Source: an uncultured Planctomycetales bacterium
GTDB taxonomy: Bacteria > Omnitrophota > Gorgyraeia > Zapsychrales > Fredricksoniimonadaceae
Reading direction: 5' to 3'
DNA length: 64,000 nt
NCBI GenBank assembly: GCA_964583975.1
Contig: CAZOXU010000001.1
Location: 35,552-99,551 of the forward strand
Shown in pieces: positions 9,554 through 19,202 of the stretch. The position numbers were made by a program, and so were the translations under genes. The notes below the pieces were generated by a model, which did no database searches, was not told the origin of the DNA, and saw nothing but the letters and a program-made list of their open reading frames with translations. The number at the start of each line of letters is the position of its first letter. Within the stretch, counting starts at the first letter, position 1.

Positions 9554-9907
9554 TTATTCATCCACTGATTTTAATTTGACTTTATGTGTCGGACAAACTT
9601 CCACAGACGAATCAAAGCGCTGCCCATCTATAGGACAATATTTCACACCGGTTTGCTGCACACTCAAAGCTCCATTAATAGACTCAACAGCTGATCGAGT
9701 TTTAGGATCCTTTTCTACCTGCACAGCCAAATTCTTCAAATCTTTTTGAGAAATATTTTGATTGGTTAAACCTTCGGTCACGGTGCCAAACGCAGCGATG
9801 GTCTGCGCCATGGATTCTTTTTGAGGGGGAGTTTTTGGTTGAGCACCTTGGCAGCCAACCAAAAAAAGTATGGGTATACAAAAAATAGGATAGATTGATC
9901 GGATCAT
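9554..9907 (-). CDS. Lipoprotein with a C-terminal Cys-pair (zinc-ribbon-like) motif
   Basis: Lipobox LFLVGCQG and a C-terminal YCPIDGQRF...VCPTHKVK. Confidence 0.45.
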   Translation of the reverse strand: MIRSIYPIFCIPILFLVGCQGAQPKTPPQKESMAQTIAAFGTVTEGLTNQNISQKDLKNLAVQVEKDPKTRSAVESINGALSVQQTGVKYCPIDGQRFDSSVEVCPTHKVKLKSVDE

Positions 9908-10563
9908 TAAAGTAATCGAATACGGTTAAATGGAAAAAATAGAAGATCTGCTTTACCAACAATATCGCTTTCTTCTATAAAACCCCAGTAACGACTATCA
10001 TGACTTGAACCACTATTATCCCCTAACATAAAATAATGCCCATCAGGAACAGTTACTGACATTCCTTCTTGACCATAATCCCCACGATTGTAGTAATACA
10101 CATTCTTAATACGAGGATCCATGATCTGCTGGCCATTAATAAAAATTCCACCGTCCTTAATCTCAACGTGATCTCCTGGAAGACCGACAAGGCGCTTGAT
10201 AAAGTCCTTGGTACGATCCTCAGGGAATACAAACACTACAATATCTCCTCGTTGAGGCTTACCAAACCCCGGCAAACGTACCTTAGCCAAAGGTTTCAAA
10301 AAATCAGCCCACTGAATATCAAAATCAGCACCGAACCATTGCCTTAAAAAATCAGGTGAGTGTAATTCAGGCAAAAGAATAGGACCATAACGCAATTTAT
10401 TAACGAACAAATGATCGCCTTCAACGAGCGTCATGCGCATCGAACCGCTAGGAATTTTAAACGGCTGAAAAAAATACGTACGAATAAAAATAGCTAATAC
10501 CAAGGCTATCAGAACCGACTCAACCCACTCACGCAAAGCTGATTTTGGTTTATTATTTTTCAT
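9907..10563 (-). CDS. lepB: Signal peptidase I
   Basis: Catalytic Ser box SGSMRMTL, the GDHLFVNK box and GDNSGSSHDSRYWGF. It lies immediately downstream of lepA, the classical arrangement. Confidence 0.85.
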   Translation of the reverse strand: MKNNKPKSALREWVESVLIALVLAIFIRTYFFQPFKIPSGSMRMTLVEGDHLFVNKLRYGPILLPELHSPDFLRQWFGADFDIQWADFLKPLAKVRLPGFGKPQRGDIVVFVFPEDRTKDFIKRLVGLPGDHVEIKDGGIFINGQQIMDPRIKNVYYYNRGDYGQEGMSVTVPDGHYFMLGDNSGSSHDSRYWGFIEESDIVGKADLLFFPFNRIRLL

Positions 10564-10564
10564 A

Positions 10565-12355
10565 TTAAATTTTTAAAGCAGCCAAGAATGCCTCTTGCGG
10601 GACCTCTACCCGACCGATTTGTTTAAGCTTCTTCTTTCCTTCTTTTTGCTTCTCCCACAATTTTCTTTTACGGGTGATATCTCCCCCATAACACTTAGCA
10701 GTTACATTCTTTCCAGCCGACTTAATTCGAGCACTGGAAATAATTCGCCCATCTGCAGTCGCTTGAATACGGATTTCAAACAATTGTTGGGGAATTAAAT
10801 CTTTAAGTTTACTGACTAAGGCCAAACCCTTGTCATAAGCCCTATCTTTATGGACCATGCAAGAAAAAGCATCACATGGGTCATCGTTAATTAAAATATC
10901 CAACTTAGTGATCTGAGAAGGGATATATTCTTTAAAATCATAGTCGATCGAACCATAACCACGGGTAGCTGATTTAATCAAATCATTAAAATCAACAATA
11001 ACTTCTGATAAAGGAATATCAAAAGTAATCTTCATACGGTCGCCAATAAATTCACTTTTTTGATAAACACCGCGCTTGCGCTTGGTCAATTCCATGACCT
11101 GATCCATATAAGTGACCGGTGTAAAGATAGCAACAGACAGGATTGGTTCTTCAATACGGTTAATTTCTGACCCATTGGGTAAATCTGAAGGGTTTTCTAA
11201 GTCCATCACACTGCCATCACGTTTAATAATTTTATACCCAACGTTCGGAGTTGTTAAAATGAGATTCAAATCATATTCACGTTCCAGACGTTCTTGCACA
11301 ATTTCCATATGCAATAACCCTAAAAATCCACACCGAAACCCATGTCCGAAAGACAAGGATGTTTCATGTTCATAGGTAAAACTAGGATCTGATAATCGCA
11401 ACTTATCAATTGCCTCTCGCATGGTTGCATAATCGCCCGCATTGACGGGATAAACACCGCAAAAAACAAAAGGCTTTAATTGACGATACCCATCTAAAGG
11501 CTGGGCTGTTGGATTAGAGACTTCGGTTACAGTGTCACCTACACGCACTTCTTTAGGATCATGCAAATTACAGGTAAGATAACCAACTTCACCAGCGGCT
11601 AGTTGCTTAACTGTCTGGGCTGTAGGAGCAAATACTCCTACTTCTTGTACAACAAATTCCGTACCAACGTTCATAAAACGAATCTTGGTGTCCGGCTTGA
11701 TCGTTCCTTCCATAATTCGAACATAAATAATGATCCCTTTATAGATATCATACTTCATATCGAAAATGAGCGCTTTAAGCGGAGCCTCAACATTGGCTTC
11801 AGGAGGCGGGATAAACGACACAATCTTCTCAAACAACAAATCAATATTGATACCCTCTTTGGCTGATACCAATTGAACATCTTCGGGTTTAAACTTCAGA
11901 ATGTCCTTAAACTGACGCTTGGCTTCATCAATATCAGCGTTAGCAATATCAATTTTGTTAATGACAGGCAAAATTTCAAGATTATTGTCAATGGCCAGAT
12001 AATAATTGGCAATGGTCTGAGATTCTACACCTTGAGTCACATCAATAAGGAGTAAGGCACCTTCACAGGCGCGCAAAGATTTCTCTACTTCATAAGAAAA
12101 GTCCACGTGGCCCGGAGTATCAATGAGGTTTAAAATATAATTCTTTCCATCCTTGGCTTTATAGTTTAAACGCACCGCAGAGGCTTTGATCGTAATTCCT
12201 CGTTCACGCTCCAAATCCATATCATCAAGCATTTGATTACGAAACTTACGTTCATCAATAGCTCCTGCAAAAAGCATAAGCCGATCAGCCAAGGTGCTTT
12301 TGCCGTGATCAATATGAGCTATGATGGAAAAGTTACGGATATTTGATTGGGACAT
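10565..12355 (-). CDS. lepA: Elongation factor 4 (LepA)
   Basis: N-terminal IRNFSIIAHIDHGKSTL, GTPase motifs and a LepA-specific C-terminal domain; 596 aa. Confidence 0.95.
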   Translation of the reverse strand: MSQSNIRNFSIIAHIDHGKSTLADRLMLFAGAIDERKFRNQMLDDMDLERERGITIKASAVRLNYKAKDGKNYILNLIDTPGHVDFSYEVEKSLRACEGALLLIDVTQGVESQTIANYYLAIDNNLEILPVINKIDIANADIDEAKRQFKDILKFKPEDVQLVSAKEGINIDLLFEKIVSFIPPPEANVEAPLKALIFDMKYDIYKGIIIYVRIMEGTIKPDTKIRFMNVGTEFVVQEVGVFAPTAQTVKQLAAGEVGYLTCNLHDPKEVRVGDTVTEVSNPTAQPLDGYRQLKPFVFCGVYPVNAGDYATMREAIDKLRLSDPSFTYEHETSLSFGHGFRCGFLGLLHMEIVQERLEREYDLNLILTTPNVGYKIIKRDGSVMDLENPSDLPNGSEINRIEEPILSVAIFTPVTYMDQVMELTKRKRGVYQKSEFIGDRMKITFDIPLSEVIVDFNDLIKSATRGYGSIDYDFKEYIPSQITKLDILINDDPCDAFSCMVHKDRAYDKGLALVSKLKDLIPQQLFEIRIQATADGRIISSARIKSAGKNVTAKCYGGDITRKRKLWEKQKEGKKKLKQIGRVEVPQEAFLAALKI

Positions 12356-12369
12356 ATCTTTACTTACAT

Positions 12370-12447
12370 GTCATTCCCGAATGTTTTAATCGGGAATCTA
12401 GAACTTTCTAATTCCTGGGTCCCCGACTAAAACTTTGGGGACGACAT
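12370..12447. repeat. Double-hairpin intergenic repeat, copy A (GTCAT-YCCCGAAT stem-loop-CTAG-second stem-loop-GACGAC)
   Basis: gtcattcccgaatgttttaatcgggaatctag...gtccccgactaaaactttggggacgacat. It exactly fills the cmk-stop to lepA-start gap. Confidence 0.7.
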
Positions 12448-13122
12448 CTATATTTTTATATACTTCATAATAACATCAACACTTTGTTCCACGTTAAGTC
12501 CTGAGGAATCAATAGTGATGGCATCGTCTGCTTTTTTTAATGGACCAACGGCCCGTGTAAAATCTTTCTGGTCACGCTCATGCATATCTTTTTTTAAATC
12601 TTCAATATTGACTTGTTTCCCAGCAGCTTGAAGTTCTTTTAATCGACGCATGGCACGTTCTTCAAAGTCCGCATCAACATAAAATTTATAATTAGCTTGA
12701 GGAAATACAACTGTCCCCTGGTCTCGGCCATCAGTCACCAAAGAACGTCTGGAAGCAATATCCCTCTGCCATTTAACCATGAGCTCTCGGACTCCAGCTG
12801 TACGGGCAGGATAAAAGGTATTGTTGGTAACTTCCGAGCTTCTTATGTCTTGGGCTACATCTTGGCCATCTAAGGTCACATTCATACTACCATCAGGAGA
12901 TTCTTTAAAATCAATCACAGTCTTTTTAGCTAAATCTGTCAGAGCCCCTTCATCTTCTAGATTAACTTTTAATCGAAGAGCCTTAAGGGTCAACGCCCGA
13001 TACATAGCGCCAGTATCCAGATAAGAAATCCCCAATCGTCGGGCCAGACCTTTAGCAACAGTGCTTTTACCCGCCCCGGCTGGACCATCAAGTGTAATAA
13101 CTAAGTGTTTATGTTTTTCCAT
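12448..13122 (-). CDS. cmk: Cytidylate kinase
   Basis: ITLDGPAGAGKSTVAKGLARRLG P-loop and the Cmk fold. Confidence 0.9.
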   Translation of the reverse strand: MEKHKHLVITLDGPAGAGKSTVAKGLARRLGISYLDTGAMYRALTLKALRLKVNLEDEGALTDLAKKTVIDFKESPDGSMNVTLDGQDVAQDIRSSEVTNNTFYPARTAGVRELMVKWQRDIASRRSLVTDGRDQGTVVFPQANYKFYVDADFEERAMRRLKELQAAGKQVNIEDLKKDMHERDQKDFTRAVGPLKKADDAITIDSSGLNVEQSVDVIMKYIKI

Positions 13123-13981
13123 GCGAACCTTCTATGCTTTCTCGTTTAGCTTTGGCAGCTTTAAAAATTTCTTCTAACACAGCTGCATCCGAAGTAACAA
13201 TGGCCTTACGGATGGCAGCTAAAACCTTCACCGTTTCATCTACAGATTTAAGTACATTCTTTTGATTAGATAACACGATATCACGCCAAATGCTTGCATC
13301 CGACGAGGCAATGCGAGTCATGTCGCGTAAGCCTTGCGGAGCTAATTCCAGATGTTGATCTGGGACGGCTTTCATCAAACTAAATGCAATCATATGTGGC
13401 AGATGACTGACAAAAGCTAAACTCTCATCATGTTCTTGAGGAGACATGGTCTTGACTTGTGTTCCCAATTGTGACCAAAAGTGTTTTATTTTTTCTTTAG
13501 CTAAACGATTAGTCTTATCGGTTGGCGTCATGATACAGCTGGCATTTTCATACAAATTAGCATTAGCATAGGTTGGACCTTTTTTCTCAGAACCGACCAA
13601 AGGATGAGATCCTACAAAAAGCACAGAATGATGTAACACCTTTTCTGCTTTCTCAACAATGGCATGCTTGGTACTGCCTAGATCGGTCACAATACAACCA
13701 CGCTGATGTTCTTTAGCCAAAAAATCTAGGGATTCTAAAATAGCGTTCACAGGAGTGGCTAACACAATGAGATCGGCACCAATAATACCTTTTTTAATGT
13801 CCAAAAAACTCTCATCAATGGCCCCAACATCGGTCGCTTCTCTTAAAGCAGTTTCGTGACGGCCAATCCCAACAACCTGACTCGCCAGGGCTTTCTTTTT
13901 GATGGCCAACCCCAAAGAAGCACCCATGAATCCTGTTCCTACAATAGCAACTCGACGAAATAATTGTTTTCGATTAAACAT
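13109..13981 (-). CDS. tyrA: Prephenate (arogenate) dehydrogenase
   Basis: Rossmann motif VAIVGTGFMGASL and the TyrA catalytic region HPLVGSE. Confidence 0.8.
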   Translation of the reverse strand: MFNRKQLFRRVAIVGTGFMGASLGLAIKKKALASQVVGIGRHETALREATDVGAIDESFLDIKKGIIGADLIVLATPVNAILESLDFLAKEHQRGCIVTDLGSTKHAIVEKAEKVLHHSVLFVGSHPLVGSEKKGPTYANANLYENASCIMTPTDKTNRLAKEKIKHFWSQLGTQVKTMSPQEHDESLAFVSHLPHMIAFSLMKAVPDQHLELAPQGLRDMTRIASSDASIWRDIVLSNQKNVLKSVDETVKVLAAIRKAIVTSDAAVLEEIFKAAKAKRESIEGSHGKT

Positions 13982-13996
13982 AGTGTTCCTTAAATT

Positions 13997-15016
13997 TTAT
14001 AGATCTCTATCCACGGCTTGAGCTACGCGTTTACAAGAAACCATTAATTCGGCAAACTTATCTGGCATGAGTGACTGGGCTCCATCAGAAAGAGCTTCTT
14101 CTGGATTATCATGCACTTCAATCATTAAAGCATCACAACCAACGGCAATTCCAGCTCTTGCACCTGCAGCCACATATTCCCAACTTCCAGTTCCGTGGCT
14201 CGGATCAACAACGACTGGCAAATGAGTTAATTTCTTAGCCACCGCCACAGCATTAACATCCAATGTGTTACGGGTAGCTGTTTCAAATGTACGGATACCA
14301 CGCTCACAAAGCATGACATCAAAATTTCCATGAGCCAAAAGATACTCAGCTGACATTAACCATTCTTTGACCGTTGTCGACATACCACGTTTGAGCATCA
14401 CCGGTTTTTTAGAAGCACCAACTTCTTTTAACAACGAGAAGTTCTGCACATTACGTGCGCCAATTTGCAAAATATCGACATACTTAGCCACCAATTCCAC
14501 CTGACGCGTATCCATAACTTCAGAAATCGTACAGATGCTTTCTTCACGGCCAACTTGCTGAAGGATCTTTAAACCTTCTTCTCCCATGCCTTGAAAATCA
14601 TAAGGTGATGTGCGAGGTTTAAATGCGCCACCACGTAAAATATTCGCTCCTTGCTTTTTAATCATCTTGGCAAGCGACTTCATGCCATCATAACTTTCAA
14701 TCGAACAAGGACCTGCCATCACCGCTATTTTCTTGCCTCCCACCTGAGTATTAAATGGAAGCTTAATAATAGTGTCCTGACCTTTTTTAAACTCACGAGA
14801 AACCAGCTTGTAAGGAGCTAATACTTGAAGAACTTGCTCGACCCCAGGAAACACTTCTAAGGGGATCTCACGAAGAGCATCTTCTTTACCAATAAATCCT
14901 ATGACCGTGCGCTCAATACCTCGCGACACATTACTTTTAAGTCCTAGTTTGTTTGCACGATCAACAATATGCTGGATCTGTGCCTCGGTTGCATCCGAAC
15001 GTAAAATAACTATCAT
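13997..15016 (-). CDS. aroF: 3-deoxy-7-phosphoheptulonate (DAHP) synthase, type I-beta, with an N-terminal ferredoxin-like regulatory domain
   Basis: DAHPS/KDO8PS TIM-barrel motifs (KPRTSPY, GARN, VVVDPSHG) preceded by a ~70-aa ACT/ferredoxin-like N-domain. The aromatic gene neighbourhood favours DAHPS over KDO8PS. Confidence 0.7.
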   Translation of the reverse strand: MIVILRSDATEAQIQHIVDRANKLGLKSNVSRGIERTVIGFIGKEDALREIPLEVFPGVEQVLQVLAPYKLVSREFKKGQDTIIKLPFNTQVGGKKIAVMAGPCSIESYDGMKSLAKMIKKQGANILRGGAFKPRTSPYDFQGMGEEGLKILQQVGREESICTISEVMDTRQVELVAKYVDILQIGARNVQNFSLLKEVGASKKPVMLKRGMSTTVKEWLMSAEYLLAHGNFDVMLCERGIRTFETATRNTLDVNAVAVAKKLTHLPVVVDPSHGTGSWEYVAAGARAGIAVGCDALMIEVHDNPEEALSDGAQSLMPDKFAELMVSCKRVAQAVDRDL

Positions 15017-15064
15017 ACTTCCTCCTGTAATGTACGGGCGGGTTCTAAACCCACCCTATATTTA

Positions 15065-16162
15065 TCAGGCAGGTTTGGAACCTGCCACTACACCTTGTAA
15101 TGTTTTTATGAATCTCTTATTTTCTGGCGCTGTTCCAATTGATACTCGAATATAATCTGACAATCCCCAGACTGCCATGTCACGAATAATGACTCCTTTT
15201 TTCAAAAGGGCCTGGGCCACTGCAGAAGCATTTCTCACTTTCACTAATATAAAATTCGTATGACTCTCTTCATGTCTTAATCCCAAATCTTGCAAGCTCT
15301 GATAAATATATTGACGCTGACGTTCAACGTCTTGGGCAATGCGACGATAATAACCCTGATCAGACAAGGCAGCCACCGCAGCTACCTGGGCCATGGAATT
15401 GACATTAAAAGGTTCACGTAAACGATTTAGAATATCAATAATGTTCGGGGCGCCAATCCCATAACCTACACGCAACCCTGCTAAACCATACATCTTTGAA
15501 AAGGTGCGAATGGTCATTAAATTGGGGTATTTCTTCATGAGCTTAAGAGTGTCAGGGTAATCCTTGGCATGCACGTATTCAAAATAAGCTTCATCAAAAA
15601 ATACCAGAGTGTCCTTGCCTACAGCCTTCATAAAATCCTCGGCTTCTTTGGCATTAATATAACTACCCGCTGGATTATCAGGATTTCCAATAAACACAAT
15701 CTTAGTGTTCTTAGTTAATTTAGCTTTCATGCCGGCTAGATCATAGCGAAAATTCTTTAAAGGTACTTCATGGATGCGGGCACCTGCCAGACGACAGGCA
15801 ATTTCATAGATTAGAAAAGAAGGTTTAGCAATGATAACCTCATCACCTTTACCTACAAAAGCTTTAACAGCTAAGACGATAATTTCATCTGAGCCATTAC
15901 CAAAGATTAATTGATTTTCATTGATTTTAAGGTGTCGCGCCAGGGTCTGACGCAGCACAAAGCATCCGCCATCAGGGTAACGGTTAATCTCTTTAGCCGC
16001 TTTACTTAAAGCTGCAAGCACCTTAGGTGATGGTGGATAGGGATTTTCATTCGAAGCAAGCTTGATCACACTGCTTAATTTCAGCTCACGTTTGACTTCT
16101 TCAATGGGTTTTCCCGGAACATAGGGCTTAATGTCAAAAATATACTTATTAGCAACCTGCAC
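15065..16162 (-). CDS. hisC: Histidinol-phosphate / aromatic-amino-acid aminotransferase (class II PLP enzyme)
   Basis: HisC-family fold with PLP lysine region TFSKMYGLAGLRVGY. It sits between pheA and the DAHPS gene, suggesting an aromatic aminotransferase role. Confidence 0.8.
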   Translation of the reverse strand: MQVANKYIFDIKPYVPGKPIEEVKRELKLSSVIKLASNENPYPPSPKVLAALSKAAKEINRYPDGGCFVLRQTLARHLKINENQLIFGNGSDEIIVLAVKAFVGKGDEVIIAKPSFLIYEIACRLAGARIHEVPLKNFRYDLAGMKAKLTKNTKIVFIGNPDNPAGSYINAKEAEDFMKAVGKDTLVFFDEAYFEYVHAKDYPDTLKLMKKYPNLMTIRTFSKMYGLAGLRVGYGIGAPNIIDILNRLREPFNVNSMAQVAAVAALSDQGYYRRIAQDVERQRQYIYQSLQDLGLRHEESHTNFILVKVRNASAVAQALLKKGVIIRDMAVWGLSDYIRVSIGTAPENKRFIKTLQGVVAGSKPA

Positions 16163-16207
16163 TTTAGTTAAATCCTTCTTAAATATAGATTTATAAAGGA
16201 AGGATGC

Positions 16208-17269
16208 CTACTCTATGACCGGATAGGAACCGAGGATTTTCAGGAATTTGCACATGCCTTCTAACTGTTTTAAGGCACGTTTGACATGAGGAGAGTCTTG
16301 ATGACCTTCAAGATCAATGAAAAAATAATAATCCCAGGCCCTTTTCTTAGATGGTCTGGATTCTATCTTGGTAAGATTGATTTTATTTCTGGAAAATGGG
16401 GTCAACATGGCATGCAAAGCCCCCACCTTGTCTTTGATGGAAAACACCAAGGAAGTACGATCTTTACCTGTAGGTGGCGTATCACTGTTAGAAAGCACTA
16501 AAAATCGCGTAATATTATGAGCTCTATCTTGGATATTCTTCTTTACGATATTTAAGCCGTACAACGAAGCAGCAATTTCTGAACCAATGCAGGCTATCTT
16601 TTTATTTTTAGAAGCTAATTGAGCAGCCTTGGTAGTGGAATCTGCTCCAACTACAGGAACGCCAGGCAAATTCTTCAAAAGCCATTGACGACACTGACCC
16701 AATACCTGAGGATGAGAACAGACCTGAGTTACACCTTTCAATGATCCCTTGGCCATCAAATTATGCGAAATATCCAACAAAATTTGAGAACAAATCTTAA
16801 GATCAGAATCGACCAAAAGATCAATCGTATGCGTCACCACACCTTCAATTGAATTTTCAATAGGAACAACGCCATAATCGCAATCGCCGTGCTCCACCTT
16901 GCTAAAAATTTCCGAAACATTATCACAAGACACATGCTCAACAGAAGATCCAAATCTCTTAAGGGCTGCTAAATGTGAGAAGGTCGCTTCAGGACCCAAA
17001 TAAGCAATACGTAAGGGTTTCTCTAAAGCTAAGGAAGCAGACATAATTTCTCGATAGATGGCTTCCAGCGCCTCTTTATTCAAAGGGCCCTTGCTTAATT
17101 GTTGAATGCGATCGAGCACCTGCTTTTCGCGGGCAGGAGCGTAAATCGAAGCTTTATTTTTAATCTTGTGCTGACCAACCTCTAAGGTAATGGCTGCTCT
17201 TTGATTAAGAAGCTCAACAATTCGGGAATCTAAGGCATCAATCTTTTTTCTTAAATGTTGTAGATCCAT
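16208..17269 (-). CDS. pheA: Bifunctional chorismate mutase / prephenate dehydratase
   Basis: N-terminal CM domain (LRKKIDALDSRIVELLNQRA), a PDT domain and a C-terminal ACT domain. Confidence 0.85.
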   Translation of the reverse strand: MDLQHLRKKIDALDSRIVELLNQRAAITLEVGQHKIKNKASIYAPAREKQVLDRIQQLSKGPLNKEALEAIYREIMSASLALEKPLRIAYLGPEATFSHLAALKRFGSSVEHVSCDNVSEIFSKVEHGDCDYGVVPIENSIEGVVTHTIDLLVDSDLKICSQILLDISHNLMAKGSLKGVTQVCSHPQVLGQCRQWLLKNLPGVPVVGADSTTKAAQLASKNKKIACIGSEIAASLYGLNIVKKNIQDRAHNITRFLVLSNSDTPPTGKDRTSLVFSIKDKVGALHAMLTPFSRNKINLTKIESRPSKKRAWDYYFFIDLEGHQDSPHVKRALKQLEGMCKFLKILGSYPVIE

Positions 17270-17272
17270 ATA

Positions 17273-17971
17273 TTAATTGCTTGCTGTATTTTCTTGAGGC
17301 ACTTCAGCCTCTACTCTTGATTGTCCACTTGTTTCTTGAGCAACTGTCTCGAGTGTTTCTGTCACTGGAGCACTGGCAGTCTGTGGGATTGGTCCAATAT
17401 TATCATTAGCACCAGCCACAATCACTGTTCCCTCAGTTGGAGTTAATTGAGATAGTTGTTCTAATTTAGGCAAATCTTCTAAAGACTTTAAACCGAAATA
17501 TTCTAAAAATGCTTTAGTAGTCCCATAAAGAAATGGACGACCAGCGACTTCTTTGCGGCCAACAATTTCAATAAGTCCTTTATTTAATAAATGAGCGACC
17601 GGGCCGTCACAGTTAACGCCACGGATGACTTCCAAATCCCCACGGCTAACGGGTTGCTTATAAGCAATAATTGCTAGCAGCTCTAAAGCTGCGCGTGACA
17701 ATTTCTCTTTGGACTTAGTTTTATAGAATTCGCGAATATATCCAGCTGCATTGCTATTAGAAAGCATTTGCCATCCACCAGCGATATCTACAATCACTAT
17801 CCCTGCCTCGCGATTCACATATGCTTCTTGAAGCTCTTTAACAAGACCTGAAATCTCAGCGGGTTTAAGTTCTGGAAAAACTGTTTTAAATTGCTCTAAC
17901 ACAACTGGTTTATCACTTACAAATAACAAGGCTTCAATACCGCTTTTATAAAGTTGTAATTGGGCGTCCAT
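17273..17971 (-). CDS. scpB: Segregation and condensation protein B
   Basis: Tandem winged-helix ScpB domains (EALLFVSDKPV..., ...GRPFLYGTT). Confidence 0.8.
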   Translation of the reverse strand: MDAQLQLYKSGIEALLFVSDKPVVLEQFKTVFPELKPAEISGLVKELQEAYVNREAGIVIVDIAGGWQMLSNSNAAGYIREFYKTKSKEKLSRAALELLAIIAYKQPVSRGDLEVIRGVNCDGPVAHLLNKGLIEIVGRKEVAGRPFLYGTTKAFLEYFGLKSLEDLPKLEQLSQLTPTEGTVIVAGANDNIGPIPQTASAPVTETLETVAQETSGQSRVEAEVPQENTASN

Positions 17972-17989
17972 TATTTTAAAGTCCTCTGT

Positions 17990-18631
17990 TTATCCCCTCA
18001 TGCCGGGGACTTTTCGTTGGTTGTAAATTTCGTTTAACAATTCTTCAGATGTCATAATTTTACTGTTTCGTTCAACTGCTTTTTGGATCATTTCTTGCGC
18101 TTCAGCTCGTTTATATTGCAATTGTAACAAAATATTTAAGGCTTCTTCCTCTATATCTAATAAATTTAATTTAGGTCTGGTTTCAACGACCTTATCACGA
18201 ATGAGCGTGTATTTGCCCATCTTGCTTTGCAGTTTGGCCACAATTTCCTTGGCCTTCTGCTCGCCTATACCAGGCAAAGTCTTTAAATATTTAGTATCGG
18301 CACGATCGATGGCTTGAGCAATTTCACCAATCGATTTATTCAATGCTTTGACCGCAGCCCGAGGCCCAATTCCTGACACCTTAATAAAGTCGAGGAAGAA
18401 ATCCCGCTCAACTTCATTTAAAAAACCCACCAAAATCTCATTAGCACTGGCCGGGGTTATCTGTAAATAATGATACGTAATTAAGCTGACATTGCCATCG
18501 CTATCTTGATTTTCTTGCAAACGTTGTAAAACAGACGCTGAAACAAAAACCTCGTAGCTTAACGCCCCCGTATCGACGATCACGGTGTTTTCTAAATATT
18601 GAGTAATCTTTCCCTTAATAGATGCAATCAT
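17990..18631 (-). CDS. ruvA: Holliday junction branch-migration complex subunit RuvA. The start was moved to MIASIKGKI because the upstream Met lies inside repeat copy B.
   Basis: RuvA OB-fold N-domain, HhH motifs (LPGIGEQKAKEI) and a C-terminal RuvB-binding domain. The last 5 codons are encoded by a small GC palindrome. Confidence 0.85.
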   Translation of the reverse strand: MIASIKGKITQYLENTVIVDTGALSYEVFVSASVLQRLQENQDSDGNVSLITYHYLQITPASANEILVGFLNEVERDFFLDFIKVSGIGPRAAVKALNKSIGEIAQAIDRADTKYLKTLPGIGEQKAKEIVAKLQSKMGKYTLIRDKVVETRPKLNLLDIEEEALNILLQLQYKRAEAQEMIQKAVERNSKIMTSEELLNEIYNQRKVPGMRG

Positions 18632-18641
18632 GCTGTCCTCT

Positions 18642-18709
18642 GTCATTCCCGAATATTTTAATCGGGAAACTAGTGCTCTAGGTCCCCAATAAATACATTC
18701 GGGGACGAC
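18642..18709. repeat. Double-hairpin intergenic repeat, copy B
   Basis: gtcattcccgaatattttaatcgggaaactag...gtccccaataaatacattcggggacgac, between ruvC and ruvA. Confidence 0.7.
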
Positions 18710-18713
18710 AAAT

Positions 18714-19199
18714 CTACATTAATTTCATTTTCAACATATGCGCATGCCCCAGCGCGAGCGCCAAAGCATCGCTTGTATCTAGTGTAAGTGTTGCTTTTTC
18801 AATGTGAAGAAGTCTTTTAACAAACATTTGCACCTGCTCCTTGGTGGCATTGCCATTTCCGACCAGGGCCTGACGGATGCGCTTAACGCTGTGTTCCTGT
18901 AACTCAACCCCGTGTTTTTGGGCCACTAAACAAATCACCCCACGAACATGACCTAAAATACAAGCTGTCGTAGGGTGTTTATAGTGTGCGTAAAGTTTTT
19001 CTAAAACCAATACATCAGGTTTATGCGTAGCGACAATCTCTGAGAGCAAATCAAAAACTTTGGCAATGCGATTCTCGAATAAAGCTTTTTGATTTGGTTC
19101 AATACTTCCAGCGTCGAGCACTTTAATGCTTCCTGCTCTTATCTCCACCAGCCCAAAACCGGTAGCCCTAAGGCCAGGATCAACGCCTAATATGCGCAT
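18714..19199 (-). CDS. ruvC: Crossover junction endodeoxyribonuclease RuvC
   Basis: MRILGVDPGLRATGFGL N-terminus with the catalytic Asp/Glu, and HALALALGHA at the C-terminus. Confidence 0.9.
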   Translation of the reverse strand: MRILGVDPGLRATGFGLVEIRAGSIKVLDAGSIEPNQKALFENRIAKVFDLLSEIVATHKPDVLVLEKLYAHYKHPTTACILGHVRGVICLVAQKHGVELQEHSVKRIRQALVGNGNATKEQVQMFVKRLLHIEKATLTLDTSDALALALGHAHMLKMKLM

Positions 19200-19202
19200 A
19201 GT

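Noticed and set aside
14901-15155. 84-aa plus-strand ORF spanning the aroF/hisC junction
   Set aside because: It overlaps two confidently assigned minus-strand genes and the GC palindromes, with no supporting signals.
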